Source: Candidatus Yanofskybacteria bacterium (GTDB lineage: Bacteria; Patescibacteriota; Minisyncoccia; 2-02-FULL-40-12; GWA2-44-9). From it: a stretch of DNA of 64,000 nucleotides. Under the pieces are notes generated by a model. It was not told where the DNA came from. It ran no database searches and saw only the letters and a list, made by a program, of their open reading frames with translations. Below are positions 60,549 through 64,000 of this stretch, piece after piece (within the stretch, counting starts at the first letter, position 1; each line of letters starts with the position of its first letter). Made by a program: the position numbers and the translations under genes. The stretch is from positions 79,825-143,824 of the forward strand of contig DOSG01000002.1 of assembly GCA_003514055.1 (NCBI GenBank). The letters run 5' to 3'.

Positions 60549-60904
60549 CCGCTCCGCCTCAAGCCTACGACTCGACCGATAGTTGTCCGCCTCCTGCGGG
60601 CGTCCACTGTCTACACTCTCGGCCCTCGGAAGATCCTATCCTTTATTAACTCTGATAGAGAATAATGATTCAGCCCTCGGGCCTGCGAGAGTTCTCGCTG
60701 TAGGCTTGGGCCTTCGTTTAATTAACAATGCTAAGACTTGGGATGTGGATTTCGAGAGGCCCGCGCAGGCTCGACTACGCCGTCTCGGAGGGATGGTGCT
60801 TTAGCCCATCCTCCAAGTCTCTGTAGGGAGAGGGTGATTTTTCAACAGAAAAATACAGCCCGTACTCGAGAAAGCCATATTCCAAGTCGGTCAAGCATAA
60901 CGAC

Positions 60905-61453
60905 ATGAGAGAGAAGGCTTTAAAATTGTTGAATGAGAAAATAGTGAATACTAACATGAAGAAGCACTCACTAGCCGTGGGTGCTATTATGTTTGCCTTA
61001 GCTGAACATTTCGGCGAGAATGAACAGGATTGGGAGGTGGCTGGAATATTGCACGATATTGATTACGAGGAGACAAATAAGGAATTGGATAAGCACTCAA
61101 TCTTAGGATCTAAATATGTTGAGGAGGCGGGTTTTTCGAAAGAGATTGCTCGCGCAGTTTTAACTCATAATGTTATGCACGGTATCCCAGCCGAGACTAG
61201 ATTCGAGAAAGCACTGGTGGCCGCGGATCCGATGTCGGGCCTTATCACTGCCGCGGCACTAGTCCTGCCATCTAAAAAATTGGCTGACGTCAAATCAGAG
61301 AGTATAGTCAATCGTTTCCATGAAAAGAGTTTTGCCAAGGGTGCGAATCGTGACTGTATTAGGGTTTGTGAGCAGATCGACTTATCGTTGGAAAAATTCG
61401 CAGAGATCTCCCTTGTAGCCATGCAATCTATCTCAGATCAGCTAGGTTTGTAG
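60905..61453 (+). CDS. HD-domain phosphohydrolase
   Basis: H...HD motif (KKHSLAVG...AGILHDIDY). Confidence 0.55.
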   Translation: MREKALKLLNEKIVNTNMKKHSLAVGAIMFALAEHFGENEQDWEVAGILHDIDYEETNKELDKHSILGSKYVEEAGFSKEIARAVLTHNVMHGIPAETRFEKALVAADPMSGLITAAALVLPSKKLADVKSESIVNRFHEKSFAKGANRDCIRVCEQIDLSLEKFAEISLVAMQSISDQLGL

Positions 61454-61642
61454 ATGGATATCGAGGCATTTGCTATTTTGGCGAGAAGTATGTTATAATA
61501 GGTTTACAGTAGGTTTTCTCGATAGTCTCTCTAAGTTTCTTAGCGGGGGCGCGGGAGGTCGTCCTACAAATAAATAGATATATTTGCGCAAAGATGAGTG
61601 GCTAATTATATGCCACGCGTTGATCTCGCAGATAAAATATAA

Positions 61643-61981
61643 GTGGCTAAGAAATTATATATAGGGAATCTTTCCTATAACACCAACGATGCTCAGCTCA
61701 GAGACTTTTTTGCTCAGGCTGGTACCGTTGAATCAGCATCTGTCCTTATGGACAAGATGACTGGCCGATCCAGAGGTTTTGGATTCGTTGAGATGGCTAG
61801 TGACGAAGAGGCTGCCAAGGCTGTTGAGACTCTCAATGGCGTGGAACTCGACGGCAGAAAGCTTGTCGTAAACGAAGCTAGACCGATGACCGACAAACCC
61901 CCAAGGCGCAGTTTCGGTGGAGGCATGGGTGGCGGAAACCGAGGCGGTGGCAGAGGTTTTGGCGGAGGCAGAGACTACTAA
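61643..61981 (+). CDS. RRM-type RNA-binding protein with Gly-rich tail
   Basis: RNP-2 LYIGNL and RNP-1 RGFGFVEM; C-terminal GGGMGGGNRGGGRGFGGGR. Confidence 0.85.
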   Translation: MAKKLYIGNLSYNTNDAQLRDFFAQAGTVESASVLMDKMTGRSRGFGFVEMASDEEAAKAVETLNGVELDGRKLVVNEARPMTDKPPRRSFGGGMGGGNRGGGRGFGGGRDY

Positions 61982-62078
61982 TCGTTGTCTTTAGAAACAC
62001 CGGCCCGAAAGGGCCGGTGTTTTGTTTTTATAAACGAATCGCATATAATAGTCCCAGACCTTTGAAAGGGGTAAGGAA

Positions 62079-62648
62079 GTGGCAGACGTCACCGTTGTGG
62101 TTGGACCAATGCGATCTGGTAAGTCTGAAGAGATCATTGGCGAAGCCAATAAATATCTAATTGCTGGGATGAAAGTTCTCGTTGTTAAGCCCGCGATTGA
62201 TAAGAGAACTACCGGCGCCATAGCCTCTAGAAAGTGGGATGGCGGGAAGCCCGTTTTAACGAAAGAATTGTCGGCCATGGAGGTAAAAGACGAGGAGCAT
62301 TTGAGAAGCTTGATTAGAAGATATAATCCCGAGATTATAATCGCGGATGAATGCCAGTTTTTTGATAGTTGGTTTTATGATGTAATGCTCTATGCGGCTA
62401 AATATTTGGATATTCCGGTTTGGCTGTCGGGTCTGGACCTAGATGCTTGGAAAAGGCCATTCCTAATCATGCCTAACTTGCTAGCATTGGCAGACGTCGT
62501 GATTAAAAAGACCGCCGTTTGTTCGAAGTGTCGTCATCTCGGTGCACGCTTTACTCAAAAATTATCGGGGACATCTTCGCAAATTGAAGTTGGGGATGTT
62601 CAGTATGAGCCAAGGTGCGAGAAGTGCCACGTCTTGCCATCGGTATAG
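62079..62648 (+). CDS. tdk: Thymidine kinase
   Basis: P-loop GPMRSGKSEE; C-terminal Zn motif CSKC...CEKCH. Confidence 0.85.
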   Translation: MADVTVVVGPMRSGKSEEIIGEANKYLIAGMKVLVVKPAIDKRTTGAIASRKWDGGKPVLTKELSAMEVKDEEHLRSLIRRYNPEIIIADECQFFDSWFYDVMLYAAKYLDIPVWLSGLDLDAWKRPFLIMPNLLALADVVIKKTAVCSKCRHLGARFTQKLSGTSSQIEVGDVQYEPRCEKCHVLPSV

Positions 62649-62773
62649 GTGCGCTAGAGACACCTATCCATTAGTCTCAACTCAAGAATGAATTGATTGA
62701 GTGTTAGGAAGTACCCAGTTGCGAAGCGCGATTGGGTACTTTTTTAATATGTAATATTATGTAGAATAGTCGT

Positions 62774-63118
62774 ATGCAGTTATTCAAGTTTCCGAAAAAC
62801 GATAAGAGATATCATTGGACTAATCACGTTATGCGCAAGATGCTTTATTATGGCTTAACGCCGGATAAGGTTAAGAGAATAATGCGCAATCCCAAAAGGA
62901 GCGAGAACGGCATTGCCGAAGACACGATTGCCGTGATGCAGCCATCGGGCAGTAAGACTAAGCCAACGGAGATCTGGGCCATGTATGCTAGTCGGCCAAA
63001 GTCTCAACAGAAAGTTATAATCACGGCTTGGCGTTATCCAGGCATAAGCCCAGTCCGAGATGAAATTCCCATCCCAAGTGATATACTTGAAGAATTAAGA
63101 GCTGAGGGAATAATATAA
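62774..63118 (+). CDS. Hypothetical protein (114 aa)
   Basis: ORF only. Confidence 0.4.
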   Translation: MQLFKFPKNDKRYHWTNHVMRKMLYYGLTPDKVKRIMRNPKRSENGIAEDTIAVMQPSGSKTKPTEIWAMYASRPKSQQKVIITAWRYPGISPVRDEIPIPSDILEELRAEGII

Positions 63119-63942
63119 TGAAAATTGGATGTCATGTATCAATCGCGGGAGGAATACAAAATGCGCCGAAGAGGGCGGCGGATTTGGGGTGCGAGATTCT
63201 CCAGTTATTTACGCGCTCACCGCAGGGCGGCGCGGCACCTGAGTTAACAGAAGAACTAATCTCGGAATTTAAATCTGAGACGAAGAAATGGAATCAAGAA
63301 AATTATTATATTCATACGCCATACTACATTAACTTTGCTTCAGTCAAGGAAAACGTTAGAAAAGCTTCTGTGCGTGTTGTTCGAGAGGAGCTTGAGAGAG
63401 GTTCTTTAATTGGTGCCAAATATGTAATGACTCATTTGGGTAGCGCTAAGGATTATAAAAACAAAGGAGAGGCTCTTGATGTAGTAGTCAAAAGTATCAA
63501 AGAGATTGTTGATGGCTACAGAGGGAAGACAGTTTTTTTACTTGAGATATCAGCCGGAGCGGGCGATACGATTGGTAGTACATTCGAAGATTTAGGATAC
63601 ATTCTCGATAATACGAGTGATAAGATTGGCATATGTCTTGATTCGGCTCACATGTTTGCATCGGGATACGATATCAAATCCAAAGATGGTTTTGAAGCGG
63701 TCATGGGGAAAATAAAAAATACAGTTGGCTTAGAGAAAATAAAATTAATCCATGCCAACGATTCGATGGTTGGCTTAGGCGAGAAAAAAGATCGTCATGA
63801 GCATATAGGTAAGGGCGAGATCGGGGAGGAGGGATTTGTAAGTTTGATGGCGCAATTTCCAGAAGTCGATATGATATTGGAGACCGATCATGATGGCGTC
63901 GAGGATGATATTAAAAAGCTGAAGAAGCTCAGAGGCTATTAG
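63118..63942 (+). CDS. nfo: Endonuclease IV (AP endonuclease family 2, TIM barrel)
   Basis: N-terminus MKIGCHVSIAGG...; conserved His/Asp/Glu metal ligands spaced as in the Nfo family. Confidence 0.7.
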   Translation: MKIGCHVSIAGGIQNAPKRAADLGCEILQLFTRSPQGGAAPELTEELISEFKSETKKWNQENYYIHTPYYINFASVKENVRKASVRVVREELERGSLIGAKYVMTHLGSAKDYKNKGEALDVVVKSIKEIVDGYRGKTVFLLEISAGAGDTIGSTFEDLGYILDNTSDKIGICLDSAHMFASGYDIKSKDGFEAVMGKIKNTVGLEKIKLIHANDSMVGLGEKKDRHEHIGKGEIGEEGFVSLMAQFPEVDMILETDHDGVEDDIKKLKKLRGY

Positions 63943-64000
63943 CGTGTTAAGAATATCAATTTTTCGAGTACGGGCTGTATTTCTCTACTGAGAAATCGCC

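Overview
This 64 kb window is low-GC (~40%), gene-dense, and almost all genes sit on the + strand. Many proteins are small, secreted or membrane-bound, which fits a reduced-genome, possibly CPR/Patescibacteria-like bacterium; that lineage is an inference. The annotatable backbone is: a CopA copper ATPase; a CapA-like protein; the dnaG-rpoD operon; a MacAB-type efflux system (adaptor, ABC ATPase, FtsX permease); an AI-2E transporter; two ECF-type sigma factors; sortase plus an LPXTG protein; a GT4 glycosyltransferase; a CDF transporter; cold-shock protein; a GGDEF protein; a SET-domain protein; TrpS; AlkD-like repair protein; CCA-adding enzyme; MazG-like protein; acyl-CoA ligase; L,D-transpeptidase; DsbA-like protein; an RRM RNA-binding protein; thymidine kinase; and endonuclease IV. 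Four things stand out beyond that. (1) A tRNA gene is split in its anticodon loop by a ~530 nt group I intron that carries an HNH homing endonuclease. (2) A large serine recombinase gene overlaps the 3' exon of that tRNA and heads a ~7.5 kb accessory segment. The segment carries a ParB/DUF262-like NTPase, a putative His-Me/DUF1524-like nuclease partner and a DNA methyltransferase, which together look like a split GmrSD-like or RM-like defence module. (3) An ~8 kb array (15.7-23.8 kb) consists of monocistronic small-protein cassettes. Each has its own promoter and hairpin terminator, and recurring intergenic modules connect them. A palindromic operator-like motif, ATACCAC-N4-GTGGTAT, sits between -35 and -10 of several promoters and recurs at two distant loci. 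(4) Several cassettes in the array, and at 35.4-37.0 kb and 47.8-48.4 kb, carry clearly GC-rich coding sequence inside host-like AT-rich promoter/terminator shells. Two of them are paralogues with a 180-nt identical 5' leader and N-terminus. Nothing here could be checked against databases. Every functional call rests on motifs read by eye.
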